From the NCBI GenBank assembly GCA_035541135.1, contig DATKNW010000043.1:17755-81754 (forward strand): 64,000 nt of DNA, given 5' to 3'. Origin of the DNA: Verrucomicrobiia bacterium. Lineage in GTDB: Bacteria; Verrucomicrobiota; Verrucomicrobiia; Palsa-1439. Under the pieces are notes generated by a model that saw nothing but the letters and a program-made list of their open reading frames with translations, searched no databases and was not told the origin of the DNA. The translations under genes and the position numbers were made by a program. Positions 48,898 through 58,749 of the stretch are shown here, piece after piece (position 1 is the stretch's first letter; each line of letters opens with the position of its first letter).

Positions 48898-50957
48898 CAC
48901 TTCCTCCCTGAAATCTGCGAGCTGTTTGCACCAGTCTCACGGTAGACGCGTCCGTCACGATAAAGCTGCAACCGGGTCTCGATCTTCTCCGTCAACTGCG
49001 GCTGTCCGTCGGCGCGGGCGACTTCCTCGGCCTTTTCCCCGGTGACAATCGCTTCCTTGAATCGGCCGGCCGCCGCGTAGGCGACTGCGAGTGTATCGAG
49101 ATAGGACGGTTCCCGATTCGTGCTGAGTTCACAGGCTCGCTCGGCCAGGGTCACCGCTTGAGCCGGGTCGCCCGTCTCCGCCGCGAGGTGCGTCGCCAGC
49201 ACCCAGGCCAGATTGTTGCATGCCTCGGCGTAGTCGGGCTTCGTCTGTAGCGCCTGCTCCCAATGCCCGATTGCCTGCCGGGTCCGGCCTTCTTGCCACA
49301 GCACCAGCGCCAGATTGTTGTGGGCCTCGGCAAAATCGGGGTCGATGAGCACCGCCCGTTCCCAATGCGCGATCGCCTCGGGCACACGATTCGCGTGCGC
49401 CAGAGTGTTCGCCAGGTTGTTGTGCGCCTCGGCGCAATCCGGCTTGATTTGCAGGGCCCGCTCGTAGTCGGCGATCGCCTCCGGCGTTTCCCCCATCTGC
49501 GACAGGGCCAATGCCAGATTGTTATAGGCCTCGGCGTACTCGGGTTTGAAGCGCAGGGCCAGCCTGTACTGGGCGATCTCCTCCTGCGTTTTGCCCGCGT
49601 GTCCCAGGGCAAGCCCCAGATTGTAATGTGTCTCGGCATAATCCGGTTTGATCCGCAGGGCCTCCTCGTAGTGCTGCATTGCTTCCTGCACCTGACCCGA
49701 CTGCCACAGGCCCAGCCCGAGATTGTTGTGGGCCACCCAGCAGCGCGGGTTCTTCGCCAGCGTGTCCCGCCAGAGCATTTCATCGCTCTGGTAAACACCG
49801 CTTCGTTGCCAGGCGGCAGTTCCCAGCGCGGCCACAACCGCCGCGCTCGCCAACGGCGCAACAAATCGTCTCCGCTCGCCCAACCGACTGCCAACCTTCT
49901 CCCCCGCGGCGACCACCAAAGCAATGACGCCGATGATCGAGTAGTATTGCCAGTGATCGGCCACCAATGAGAACCGGTAAAAACCCTGATCGATGAACCC
50001 CAACACGGGAAACAGCGTCGCCAGGAAATACCCCGATGCGAACAGGCAGGGCCGTCCCCACGTTTGCCGTTTCCACCAGAACAGCGCCAGACCGCCGACC
50101 AGAATCGCGCCGGGTACGTAGGAAACAAGTCGGGACGGATCGATCTCCCACTTCGGATAGATCATCGTCAGGTTCACCGGCAGGATCGTCTTGTACAGGT
50201 AGAACCACGGTACCCAACCCGCCCCGGCCAACCGAACCAGGAATCCGGCCCCTCGGGCGGCGGACCGTTCCATCGCCCGATTGTACTGAAACCACACCGT
50301 CACCAATCCCAAGGCCAGCGAGAGGATAAAAAACGGGATGGTATACAGGAGGTCCTGCCACCGCACTCGTCCGCGCCGCCACCACGCGCATCCCAACAAC
50401 ACCACCGGCAACATGACCACGGCGCTCTTGCTGAGCGCGGCCAGGACGAATGCGATCAGCGACAGTCCGTACCATCTCCAGCGGTTGTCGTCGTCAAATC
50501 GGAGATACAGAAGGATCGCCACGACGTAGAACAACATCGAGAGCGTATTCTTCTGTTCGCTGATCCAGGCGACGCTGGCCACGTTCACCGGATGGACGGC
50601 AAACACCAGTGCCGCCACAAATGCTCCCGGAGTTTTCAGGCGCCGCAAGATCATCCATATCAGGACGGCGTCGACGGCGTGCAGCAACACGTTGACCACG
50701 TGGTACCCGATGGGATTGCCACCCCAGAGCCGCCACTCCAGCCACCACAGGCTCCACGTCATCGGGTAATAATCCGCCGCGTCGGTCGTGCACCAGAACC
50801 GGTACAGTCCGTCGCTGGTTTTGATCAGCCGATTGGTCGTGATGAAATCGTAATCGTCGAACAGAAACCCGCCGCGCATGGCCGGGATGTAAACCGCCAT
50901 TGTCAATGCCATGATCAAAAGCGCGCCCGCGCCCAGCGATTTCCACGCGGTCTTCAT
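48897..50957 (-). CDS. TMTC-like membrane protein with C-terminal TPR repeats.
   Basis: VYIPAMRGGFLFDDYDFI and VHPVNVASVAWISEQKNTLSMLFY. Confidence 0.7.
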   Translation of the reverse strand: MKTAWKSLGAGALLIMALTMAVYIPAMRGGFLFDDYDFITTNRLIKTSDGLYRFWCTTDAADYYPMTWSLWWLEWRLWGGNPIGYHVVNVLLHAVDAVLIWMILRRLKTPGAFVAALVFAVHPVNVASVAWISEQKNTLSMLFYVVAILLYLRFDDDNRWRWYGLSLIAFVLAALSKSAVVMLPVVLLGCAWWRRGRVRWQDLLYTIPFFILSLALGLVTVWFQYNRAMERSAARGAGFLVRLAGAGWVPWFYLYKTILPVNLTMIYPKWEIDPSRLVSYVPGAILVGGLALFWWKRQTWGRPCLFASGYFLATLFPVLGFIDQGFYRFSLVADHWQYYSIIGVIALVVAAGEKVGSRLGERRRFVAPLASAAVVAALGTAAWQRSGVYQSDEMLWRDTLAKNPRCWVAHNNLGLGLWQSGQVQEAMQHYEEALRIKPDYAETHYNLGLALGHAGKTQEEIAQYRLALRFKPEYAEAYNNLALALSQMGETPEAIADYERALQIKPDCAEAHNNLANTLAHANRVPEAIAHWERAVLIDPDFAEAHNNLALVLWQEGRTRQAIGHWEQALQTKPDYAEACNNLAWVLATHLAAETGDPAQAVTLAERACELSTNREPSYLDTLAVAYAAAGRFKEAIVTGEKAEEVARADGQPQLTEKIETRLQLYRDGRVYRETGANSSQISGRK

Positions 50958-50972
50958 CGTGTTTCCCGCCGT

Positions 50973-52661
50973 CTACCGCGACGGCTGCAGCCGCGCCAGC
51001 TCATTTCGCGCCTCGACGTAGTCGGGTTCGATTTGGAGCGCCTCCTGGAAATGCCCGATCGCCTCCTGATTCCGTCCCGCTTGCTCCAACGCGACTCCCC
51101 AATTGTACTGGGCGTCGGCGAAATCGGGCTTGAGCCGCACCGCCTCCTCCAACTGCTTGATTCCTTCGTCGGTCCGGCCCGTCTGCACCAGAACGCCTCC
51201 CAGGTTGCTGTGCATCGTGGCGGAGTCCGGTTTGAGCCGCACCGCCTCCTTGAGATGGGCGATGGCTTCTTCGACCCGTCCCACTTCGAATAATGAATTG
51301 CCCAGGTTGTTGTGCGCCTGCGCATAGTCGGGGTCGAGCTTCAGGGCTCGCTCGTAACAGTCAATCGCCTCCTTGATCTCGCCCTTTTGTGCGAGAGCTT
51401 CCCCGAGATTGAAGTGCGCCACGGACGCGCCCGGATTTCTTGTCACGTTGTCCCACCAGAACGTCTCATTGGTTGCATACACGCATGTGCGTTTCCACGT
51501 CGCCGCGCCCAGCGTCAGGAACACAGCCGCCCCCACCAGCACTTCAGCCCATCGGCGTCTTTCGCCCAGGCGGCGGCAAATCCCCTCGCCAGCAGCAACG
51601 ACCAGCGCAATGATTCCGATGATGGAATAGTACTGCCAGTGGTCGGCCACCGCCGAGTATTCATAGAAGCCTTGATCGAAGAACCCGAGCACCGGGAAGA
51701 GCATGGCCACGAAACAACCAAACCCGAACAGCAGCGGTCGTCCCCAGCTCTCGCGTTTCCACCAGAAGACAACAAAGCACGCGATCCAGAGCACGCCCGG
51801 CACGTAGCAGATCCATCGGGAGGCGTCGATGTGCCATTTGGGATAGATCAGCATCAGGTTCAGTGGCACGAGCGTTTTGCCAAAGTAAAACCATGGAGCC
51901 CACCCGGCGGCCGCCAGACGAACCGCAACCCTCCTGTTCGTGATCGCCTCCTCCAAGACCTGATGGTACTGGAACCAAACGGTTGCCAATCCCAGGACGA
52001 GAGAAAGCAGGAAGAATGGCGCGCACCGCAGGAGATCTTTCCACCGTATCCGATGGCGCATCCACCAGACGCATCCCAGCAGCACCACCGGAAGCATCAC
52101 CGCCGCGCTCTTGCTGAGCAATGCGAGGAGGAAAGCCATCAGCGACAGACCGTACCAAGGCCACCGGTCTGATTCATCGAATTTCAGATACAGCAGGACC
52201 GCCACCGCGGAAAACATCATCGACAGCGTGTTCTTCTGTTCGCTGATCCAGGCGACGGTGGCGACGTTGACTGGATGAATCGCAAACGCCAGCGCCGCCA
52301 ACCATGCCCCCGAAATCTTCAGGCGCCGCAAGATCATCCACACCAGGACGGCGTTGGCCGCGTGCAGTAAGATGTTGACCACGTGGTAGCCCGTGGCGTT
52401 GGAGCCCCAAGCCCGCCACTCCAGCCACCATAGACTCCACGTCAGCGGATAATAATCCGGAGCTTCCGTCGTCAGCCAGAACCGGTGGAGTCCATCATGA
52501 GCTTTCATCATCGGGTTGTCCGTGATGAACAGAGCGTCATCCCAGATAAACCCGCCGCGCATGGCCGGGATGTAGACCACCATGGTCAACACAACAATCA
52601 AAACCGCGCCGGTGCCCACTGACTTCCACGCGCTTCTCGGTGTGTCCTTCGATCCCTTCAT
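50973..52661 (-). CDS. TMTC-like membrane protein with a shorter C-terminal TPR region.
   Basis: VYIPAMRGGFIWDDALFI and IHPVNVATVAWISEQKNTLSMMFS. This is the first gene of the four-gene minus-strand array and is 77% identical in its N-terminal region to 48897..50957. Confidence 0.7.
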   Translation of the reverse strand: MKGSKDTPRSAWKSVGTGAVLIVVLTMVVYIPAMRGGFIWDDALFITDNPMMKAHDGLHRFWLTTEAPDYYPLTWSLWWLEWRAWGSNATGYHVVNILLHAANAVLVWMILRRLKISGAWLAALAFAIHPVNVATVAWISEQKNTLSMMFSAVAVLLYLKFDESDRWPWYGLSLMAFLLALLSKSAAVMLPVVLLGCVWWMRHRIRWKDLLRCAPFFLLSLVLGLATVWFQYHQVLEEAITNRRVAVRLAAAGWAPWFYFGKTLVPLNLMLIYPKWHIDASRWICYVPGVLWIACFVVFWWKRESWGRPLLFGFGCFVAMLFPVLGFFDQGFYEYSAVADHWQYYSIIGIIALVVAAGEGICRRLGERRRWAEVLVGAAVFLTLGAATWKRTCVYATNETFWWDNVTRNPGASVAHFNLGEALAQKGEIKEAIDCYERALKLDPDYAQAHNNLGNSLFEVGRVEEAIAHLKEAVRLKPDSATMHSNLGGVLVQTGRTDEGIKQLEEAVRLKPDFADAQYNWGVALEQAGRNQEAIGHFQEALQIEPDYVEARNELARLQPSR

Positions 52662-52841
52662 CGCGCGCTGCGTTGTCTACTCCCCGGTCGAACTTCAAGT
52701 CAAGCGTGGAGGGCCGCCGTGGATGCCGGGCCGCCTCGCTGATACTCGAAGACGGAGGTCATGTGATGCTGGCGTGGCCGAAACAAGGGGCCGCTTCTCC
52801 CATCCGTCCCCCTTCCGGACCAGGCCACCCCGGTCTGAAGT

Positions 52842-52918
52842 TGGCGCTCCCGGGGCGATTCGAACGCCCGACCTGCGGTTTAGGAAACCGACGCTCTATC
52901 CATCTGAGCTACGGGAGC
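52842..52918 (-). tRNA. tRNA-Arg (anticodon CCT).
   Basis: The reverse complement folds as a cloverleaf. The acceptor stem is GCTCCCG/CGGGAGC, the D-stem GCTC/GAGC, the anticodon stem TCGGT/ACCGC with loop TTCCTAA (anticodon CCT), the T-arm GGGCG-TTCGAAT-CGCCC, the discriminator G, and CCA is encoded. Confidence 0.8.
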
Positions 52919-53054
52919 GCAACGACTTGCGTCAGCATGATTATCAGCCGCCGTAGGATTCACGGTAACTTTACTGTCCAGAACGGCAATGGCAAGACGC
53001 TTCTGGTCGGGAGAAAGCCGGGGCGCCGAATGGCCGTTGCCGCGCCGGGACGCG

Positions 53055-55139
53055 TCACTTCGTTTTCAATTCCAGAATCGTGAGGGAATACGGCGGGAAT
53101 TCACGCGTAAAGTCCGTGCTCAGGCCGCCGGCCGTTTCGTCGGCGGGCACGATCCTCGTCGGCTCTTGCAGGCTGTTCGTGTCGTCGGGACTGTCGGCCT
53201 TCAACACGACGGCTGTGCCGTTGGCGTCCACCGAACCGACGCCGCTGATCCGGATTCTCACGGGCTGCGTCGCGCCGGATTCGTTCACGACCTTCAGATA
53301 AACGATCCCACTCCTGCTGTCGCGCGTAGCGTCGAAAAAGATCTCGCGGATCTGTTGCGCGGGCGGACGCGGACCTTGCGGCACACCGTTGCGCGTGCGC
53401 ACGGGCGGCTGCCACTCGCGCGTCGGAATGTCCTGCGAATCCGTGGCCAGGATCTCGTCGCCGTGGTGCGCACTGAACATTTTCTGCGCGTAATACGCCG
53501 GCGAGCCGTAGCTGCTTAATGCGTCGTAGCCGATCAAATCCGTCTTCCATTGCATCGAGGTGTTGGGGTCATGCCGCGGGTCGGCAGGTTCGCTCACGTT
53601 GACGAACAGCGGCGCGTAGCAGGACATGAGGACAATGTCGGAATAGCGTTCCATACCGGTCATCCACGCGGCGTCGCCGAGCGCCCCGGCCATGTTCGGC
53701 GTCGGCGAGCCGACGCGCGTCGCCCATTCGCCGACGAAAATCTTCGTTTTGTTCGTGCGCGAGTATCGGTCGTAATCCAGCGCGTGCGCCTGCATTTCCT
53801 CCTGCGAGCGATAGTAATGTTCATCGAGCAAATCCGACACGCGCGATTTCACCTTCGTCGTCGCGATGATCTGCAGGTTCGGATACTTCGCCTTGATGGC
53901 GTCGTAAAATTGCGCAAATCGGCCGTCGTAGCTGCCGCTGCGATCAAACCAGTCTTCGTTTCCAATCTCGACGTAATTCAATTCGAACGGCTCGGGGTGT
54001 CCGTCCTTCGCGCGGCGCGCGCCCCATTTGGTGTTCGGGCCGCCGGTCACGTATTCGATCTCGTCGAGCGCATCCTGAACGTAAGGCTCCAGCCCGGGAC
54101 CGGCGGCCACGTAATCGCGTCGGAGTGCGTAGCCCGCGAAGACCGCCAGCACCGGCTGCATGCGCAGGTCCTCACACCAGTCCAGAAATTCCAGCAGCCC
54201 GAACCCGTCAGTGGACCAATAATTCCATGGACTGCGATGGCCGGGGCGCTGGGAAATATCGCCGACGGTTTCCTTCCAATTGAAGCGTTCGTTGAAGTAA
54301 TCACCCTCGACGTAATTGCCGCCGGGAAAGCGCAGGAACCCGGGCTGCATGTCCGCCAGCAGCCGCATCAGGTCGGAACGACTTCCATTCGGACGATTGT
54401 GGTACGTCGGCGGAAACAGCGACACCTGCTGGAACCACACCGTGCCGTGCCGGCTGAAAAGCCCGCCGGGGTTGGTCGTCGTGATGGTCAGTTTGTTGTC
54501 CTTCGAAACGGGGACGTCGCCGGTCGTCAATGTCACTTCATATTTCTGCCATTTGCCGGAGATTCTGGGAATCGTCGCGCTGGCGCATGCGGTTTTACCG
54601 TCAGCGCTCTCCAACGAAACAATGAGCGGTCCGGAGAAGCTCCGTCCGCGCGCATAGAACGAAGCGCGATACGTCGTGTTCGGACGAACGGGAATCCCCC
54701 AATAACCGCCATTGGCGAAACCGACCGGTGAATTCTTCGACGCTTTGCTTGTGTCCAGCTTCAAGCTCACGTTCAATGCGGAATTCAGCGGCTGCTTCGT
54801 GTCGATGGACATTGGCGCCTCGCCGATCGAGGTCCAGTAGACCGCATTGGTCGGATTGGCCTTGAACGTGCGATTGCGAATCAGTTCGCCGTACAGCCCG
54901 CCCTCATACGAGAAATTGATCTCCTCGGTCATCAGGCCGTACAGCATCGGACTGACCTTGCCGGTGACTTTGCCGGCGTCAATTTGCAGCGTGGCGACCG
55001 CCGCCGCGGAGTTTGTTTCCAAAGGGGCAGTGACCGGCGCATTTGTTTCGGAGAGGGAATTTGTTACCTGCGCCGTCGCGATGTTCGCGAGGGCCAACGC
55101 AAGGGCGAACAACGCGTATTTCCCTGGCTTCATATTCAT
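53055..55139 (-). CDS. Secreted GH51 alpha-L-arabinofuranosidase with an N-terminal carbohydrate-binding-like domain.
   Basis: Signal peptide MNMKPGKYALFALALALANIATAQ. The C-terminal half carries GH51 catalytic-domain motifs: LRFPGGNYVEGDYFNERFNWKETVG, EIGNEDWF (acid/base) and the GEWA region (nucleophile). Confidence 0.8.
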   Translation of the reverse strand: MNMKPGKYALFALALALANIATAQVTNSLSETNAPVTAPLETNSAAAVATLQIDAGKVTGKVSPMLYGLMTEEINFSYEGGLYGELIRNRTFKANPTNAVYWTSIGEAPMSIDTKQPLNSALNVSLKLDTSKASKNSPVGFANGGYWGIPVRPNTTYRASFYARGRSFSGPLIVSLESADGKTACASATIPRISGKWQKYEVTLTTGDVPVSKDNKLTITTTNPGGLFSRHGTVWFQQVSLFPPTYHNRPNGSRSDLMRLLADMQPGFLRFPGGNYVEGDYFNERFNWKETVGDISQRPGHRSPWNYWSTDGFGLLEFLDWCEDLRMQPVLAVFAGYALRRDYVAAGPGLEPYVQDALDEIEYVTGGPNTKWGARRAKDGHPEPFELNYVEIGNEDWFDRSGSYDGRFAQFYDAIKAKYPNLQIIATTKVKSRVSDLLDEHYYRSQEEMQAHALDYDRYSRTNKTKIFVGEWATRVGSPTPNMAGALGDAAWMTGMERYSDIVLMSCYAPLFVNVSEPADPRHDPNTSMQWKTDLIGYDALSSYGSPAYYAQKMFSAHHGDEILATDSQDIPTREWQPPVRTRNGVPQGPRPPAQQIREIFFDATRDSRSGIVYLKVVNESGATQPVRIRISGVGSVDANGTAVVLKADSPDDTNSLQEPTRIVPADETAGGLSTDFTREFPPYSLTILELKTK

Positions 55140-55218
55140 AATCAAGCCCGCCGAGTCATTTGGCTATCGCGTTCTCCTTCGTCCCGAAATGAGCGAACGA
55201 TCAACCCCGACGCTTTCG

Positions 55219-56769
55219 CTATTGGATTTCGAGAACCACGACGGATTTCGACGGCAGTGTCACTGTCAGCACGTTGTCCTTGAGTTCAAAGGTGGAGAAC
55301 GCCTTGGGTATCACGGCATTTGGCGCATCGAAGGTGTTATGCGCATCCATCGCCGACGCGGTGAGCACTCGGCCCGTCACCGTCCTGGCGGCCGCGCCGG
55401 CCAGTTTCACCCTGACGTTGCCATCCAGTTGCGGGTTGAGATTGACCAGTGAGAGATGGATGCGCCCATCTTTGTCGCGCGAAGCCGTCGCGTCCACCCC
55501 GGGCACGGAATTGCCGCCCAGTTTGTACTCCGGCGCGGCAATGTCCACCGGCAGCCACGTCGCGTCTTGGTGGACCTTGTACATCTCGAAGGCGTGATAG
55601 GTCGGCGTGACGATCATCTTCTCCTTGTCGGTCAGGACCATCGACTGCAACACGTTCACCATCTGGGCGATGTTCGCCATCCTCACGCGGTCGCAATGCC
55701 GGTGGAAGAGGTCGAAGTTCAACGCGGCGACGATGGCGTCGCGCAAGGTGTTTTGCTGGTAGAGAAAACCGGGATTCTCGCCGGGATCGACATCGTACCA
55801 GTCGCCCCATTCGTCCACGATCAGCGCGATTTCCTTGTGCGGATCATAGCGATCCATGATCGCCGAGTGCCGGGCGATGATTTCTTCCATCTTCAGCGTT
55901 TGCCACAACGTGTCGTGCCACTCCTGCTCCGTAAATCCGGTGGCCATGCCTTTCTGGCTCCACTTGCCCGATGGGAGGGTATAATAATGCAACGACAGGC
56001 CGTTCATCTGCCGGCCCACCATCGACATCAGCACCTCGGTCCACTTGGTGTCGTCACCACCCGGACCGCAGGCGATGCGTTCGATGCGTGTATCGGGGTC
56101 GACTTTCACGAACGTGTTGTAGCGCCGGTAATTGTCCGCGTAAAACTCCGGCCGCATATTGCCGCCGCAGCCCCAGTTCTCATTTCCGATCGCGAAATAC
56201 GGCAGCTTCCACGGCTTGTCCTGTCCGTTCTCGCGCCGCAGGTCGGCCAGCGTCGTATGCGCCGCAGAGGTGATGTATTCGACCCAGTCCCGCATCTCCT
56301 CGGGCGTGCCACTGCCGAGGTTGCCGCAGATGTAGGGGTCGCAGCCGAGTTGGTCGCACAAATCCATGAACTCGTGCGTCCCAAACTCGTTGCTTTCCGG
56401 CACCCAGCCCCAATGGGTATTCATCCTCCGCGGCCGGTCCTGGCGCGGCCCGATGCCGTCGCGCCAGTGATACTCGTCGGCAAAACAACCTCCCGGCCAT
56501 CGCAGCACGGGAATATTCAGCCGCTTCAGCGCCGCCACGACGTCGTTGCGAATGCCGCGCGTGTTCGGGATCGGGGAACCTTCGCCGACCCAGATTCCTT
56601 CGTAGATGCCGCGTCCCAGATGCTCGGCGAATTGCCCGTAGATGTTGCGGTCGATCCTGCTGCCGGGCTGGTCGGCGTGAATGGTGAGTTCGACTTTCAT
56701 GGGTGCCGGCAGTGAATCCTGTGCCAGAGCGCTTCCCACTATCCCCGTCGCGAGCAGAAAAGCAATCAT
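55219..56769 (-). CDS. abfA: GH51 alpha-L-arabinofuranosidase (AbfA-type).
   Basis: [24 protein letters not shown]...[19 protein letters not shown]...[12 protein letters not shown]...VDEWGDW is the classic AbfA signature, with a short signal peptide ([16 protein letters not shown]). Confidence 0.85.
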   Translation of the reverse strand: MIAFLLATGIVGSALAQDSLPAPMKVELTIHADQPGSRIDRNIYGQFAEHLGRGIYEGIWVGEGSPIPNTRGIRNDVVAALKRLNIPVLRWPGGCFADEYHWRDGIGPRQDRPRRMNTHWGWVPESNEFGTHEFMDLCDQLGCDPYICGNLGSGTPEEMRDWVEYITSAAHTTLADLRRENGQDKPWKLPYFAIGNENWGCGGNMRPEFYADNYRRYNTFVKVDPDTRIERIACGPGGDDTKWTEVLMSMVGRQMNGLSLHYYTLPSGKWSQKGMATGFTEQEWHDTLWQTLKMEEIIARHSAIMDRYDPHKEIALIVDEWGDWYDVDPGENPGFLYQQNTLRDAIVAALNFDLFHRHCDRVRMANIAQMVNVLQSMVLTDKEKMIVTPTYHAFEMYKVHQDATWLPVDIAAPEYKLGGNSVPGVDATASRDKDGRIHLSLVNLNPQLDGNVRVKLAGAAARTVTGRVLTASAMDAHNTFDAPNAVIPKAFSTFELKDNVLTVTLPSKSVVVLEIQ

Positions 56770-56906
56770 GATCGTATTATTCCGGTTCCGCCACGCCCCT
56801 GCAACCATTTCCCGGACGGCCTATACCCACGGCTTGTCGCCGCGGCTTGAGTGGCGTAATGTCGACAGCGGACCGCGTTACGGGCGGTCGTGATAGGAGA
56901 AACATT

Positions 56907-58682
56907 ATGGCACAGAATATCGCGCAGAGATTCTTCGTCCGCCTGCTGGCAACCATCGGCGCCGTGGTCCTCCTTGGCGCCGTCCTCGGCGCAGCCTGTG
57001 TCCTCGTTGTGAAACGCTCGGTCCCCACGAAAGTGATTCTCGAAGTCGACCTGGAAAAGCGCCTCGCGGAATACACTCCGGACGATCCCGTGGCGCGGAT
57101 CGTCGCCGGCCGCGCGCCGACGATCCTCAACCTCGTCGAAGCCCTCCAGCGCGGCTCGACCGACAAGCGCGTGGTCGGCCTGATCGCGCGCGTCGGCGAA
57201 GCCGGTCTGCCGCTGGCCGACATCCAGGAAATCCGCGATGCCGTCGTTGCGTTCCGCCACAGCGGCAAACCCGCCATCGCCTACGCCGAGACGTTTGGCG
57301 AAGAGAGCAGGGCCAACGGGTCGTACTACCTTGCCACCGCCTTCGACAGGATTTACCTCCAGCCGTCCGGCGACGTGGGCCTGTCCGGTCTGATGGCCGA
57401 GACGCCGTTTCTCCGTGGGACGCTCGACAAACTCGGGCTCGTCCCGCGCATGGACCATCGGTCCGAGTACAAGAACGCGATGAACGAGTTGACCGAGAAA
57501 AAGTACACGCCGGCCCACAGGGAGGCGACCGAGGCGTTCGTGAAATCGGCGTTTGACCAGCTCGTCGCGGGCATCGCCTCGGCCCGCAAAATGTCCACGA
57601 ACGACGTGCGGGCATTGATCGATCGTGGCCCGTTTCTCGCCGATGAGGCTCTCGACGCCAAACTCGTCGACAAACTCGGCTACCGCGACGCGGCGTACGA
57701 TGACATCAAGAAGCAGGCCGGTCCGCACACGAAATTTCTCTACCTCTCGAAGTACCTCGACCGGGCCGGCTCGCCCTACGACGAAGGCGACACTGTCGCG
57801 CTGATCTACGGCGTCGGCGACATCCATCGCGGCAAAAGCGGCTACAGTCCGCTTTTCCAGGATGTCTCGATGGGAGCCGACAGCGTGGCCGCCGCCTTCC
57901 GCGCCGCGGCGGAGGACAAGGACGTGAAAGCGATTCTGTTTCGGATCGATAGCGGCGGCGGCTCGTACGTCGCGTCGGATACGATCTGGCGGGAAACGGT
58001 CCGCGCCAGGAAAGCCGGCAAACCCATCATCGTGTCGATGGGCGGAGTCGCCGGGTCCGGCGGCTACTTCATTGCAATGTCGGCCGACAAAATCGTCGCG
58101 CAGCCGGCGACGCTGACCGGCTCCATTGGTGTGTTCGCGGGCAAATTCCTCACGACGAATTTCTGGGACAAACTCGGTATCTCGTGGGACGAGGTCCACA
58201 CCAGTTCCAACGCCATGGTGTTCACCGGTCTGCAGGATTACACGCCCGAGCAATGGACGCGCTTCGAGGGCTGGCTCGACCGCATCTACGACGATTTCAC
58301 CACCAAGGTCGCCGCCGGCCGCAAGCTTCCCAAGGACAAGGTCCTCGAAATCGCCAAGGGCCGCATCTGGATCGGCGAGGACGCCAAGGCGCTCGGGTTG
58401 GTGGACGAGCTCGGCGGATTCCCCGTAGCGCTGAAGCTCGTGCGCGAAGCGGCGAAGCTGCCGCTCGATGCGAAGATCAAACTGAAACTGTTCCCACGGC
58501 CCCAATCGCCGATCGAACGATTACTCGGGAGAGGCTCGGATAGCAGCGAATCGGCCGGCGACGAAACCCTCGCCCGCACGCTGGAACTGATTCAGCCCTT
58601 CGCCCGCGCCGCGCGCCAGCTTGGCCTGGCTGCCGAGTCCGACATGCTGCGGATGCCGGATGTGAACATGGATGGGCCGTGA
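56907..58682 (+). CDS. sppA: Signal peptide peptidase SppA (protease IV, 67K type).
   Basis: Two tandem ClpP/crotonase-fold halves. The second carries the catalytic region IDSGGGSYVASDTIW...KPIIVSMGGVAGSGGYFIAMSADKIVAQPATLTGSIGVF. An N-terminal TM anchor is present. Confidence 0.85.
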   Translation: MAQNIAQRFFVRLLATIGAVVLLGAVLGAACVLVVKRSVPTKVILEVDLEKRLAEYTPDDPVARIVAGRAPTILNLVEALQRGSTDKRVVGLIARVGEAGLPLADIQEIRDAVVAFRHSGKPAIAYAETFGEESRANGSYYLATAFDRIYLQPSGDVGLSGLMAETPFLRGTLDKLGLVPRMDHRSEYKNAMNELTEKKYTPAHREATEAFVKSAFDQLVAGIASARKMSTNDVRALIDRGPFLADEALDAKLVDKLGYRDAAYDDIKKQAGPHTKFLYLSKYLDRAGSPYDEGDTVALIYGVGDIHRGKSGYSPLFQDVSMGADSVAAAFRAAAEDKDVKAILFRIDSGGGSYVASDTIWRETVRARKAGKPIIVSMGGVAGSGGYFIAMSADKIVAQPATLTGSIGVFAGKFLTTNFWDKLGISWDEVHTSSNAMVFTGLQDYTPEQWTRFEGWLDRIYDDFTTKVAAGRKLPKDKVLEIAKGRIWIGEDAKALGLVDELGGFPVALKLVREAAKLPLDAKIKLKLFPRPQSPIERLLGRGSDSSESAGDETLARTLELIQPFARAARQLGLAAESDMLRMPDVNMDGP

Positions 58683-58749
58683 CGTGTGGCGCGCACCTGC
58701 GGATCGGCAAAGTTGTTGCGGACCGTGGCTTCGCCGCAAATTCAAACTG

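Noticed and set aside
52700-52740. TTGACT-N18-TAGACA as a sigma-70-like promoter for the TMTC operon.
   Set aside because: The spacer is one nucleotide longer than optimal and the -10 is weak. Promoter consensus for this phylum is uncertain, so it is not called.
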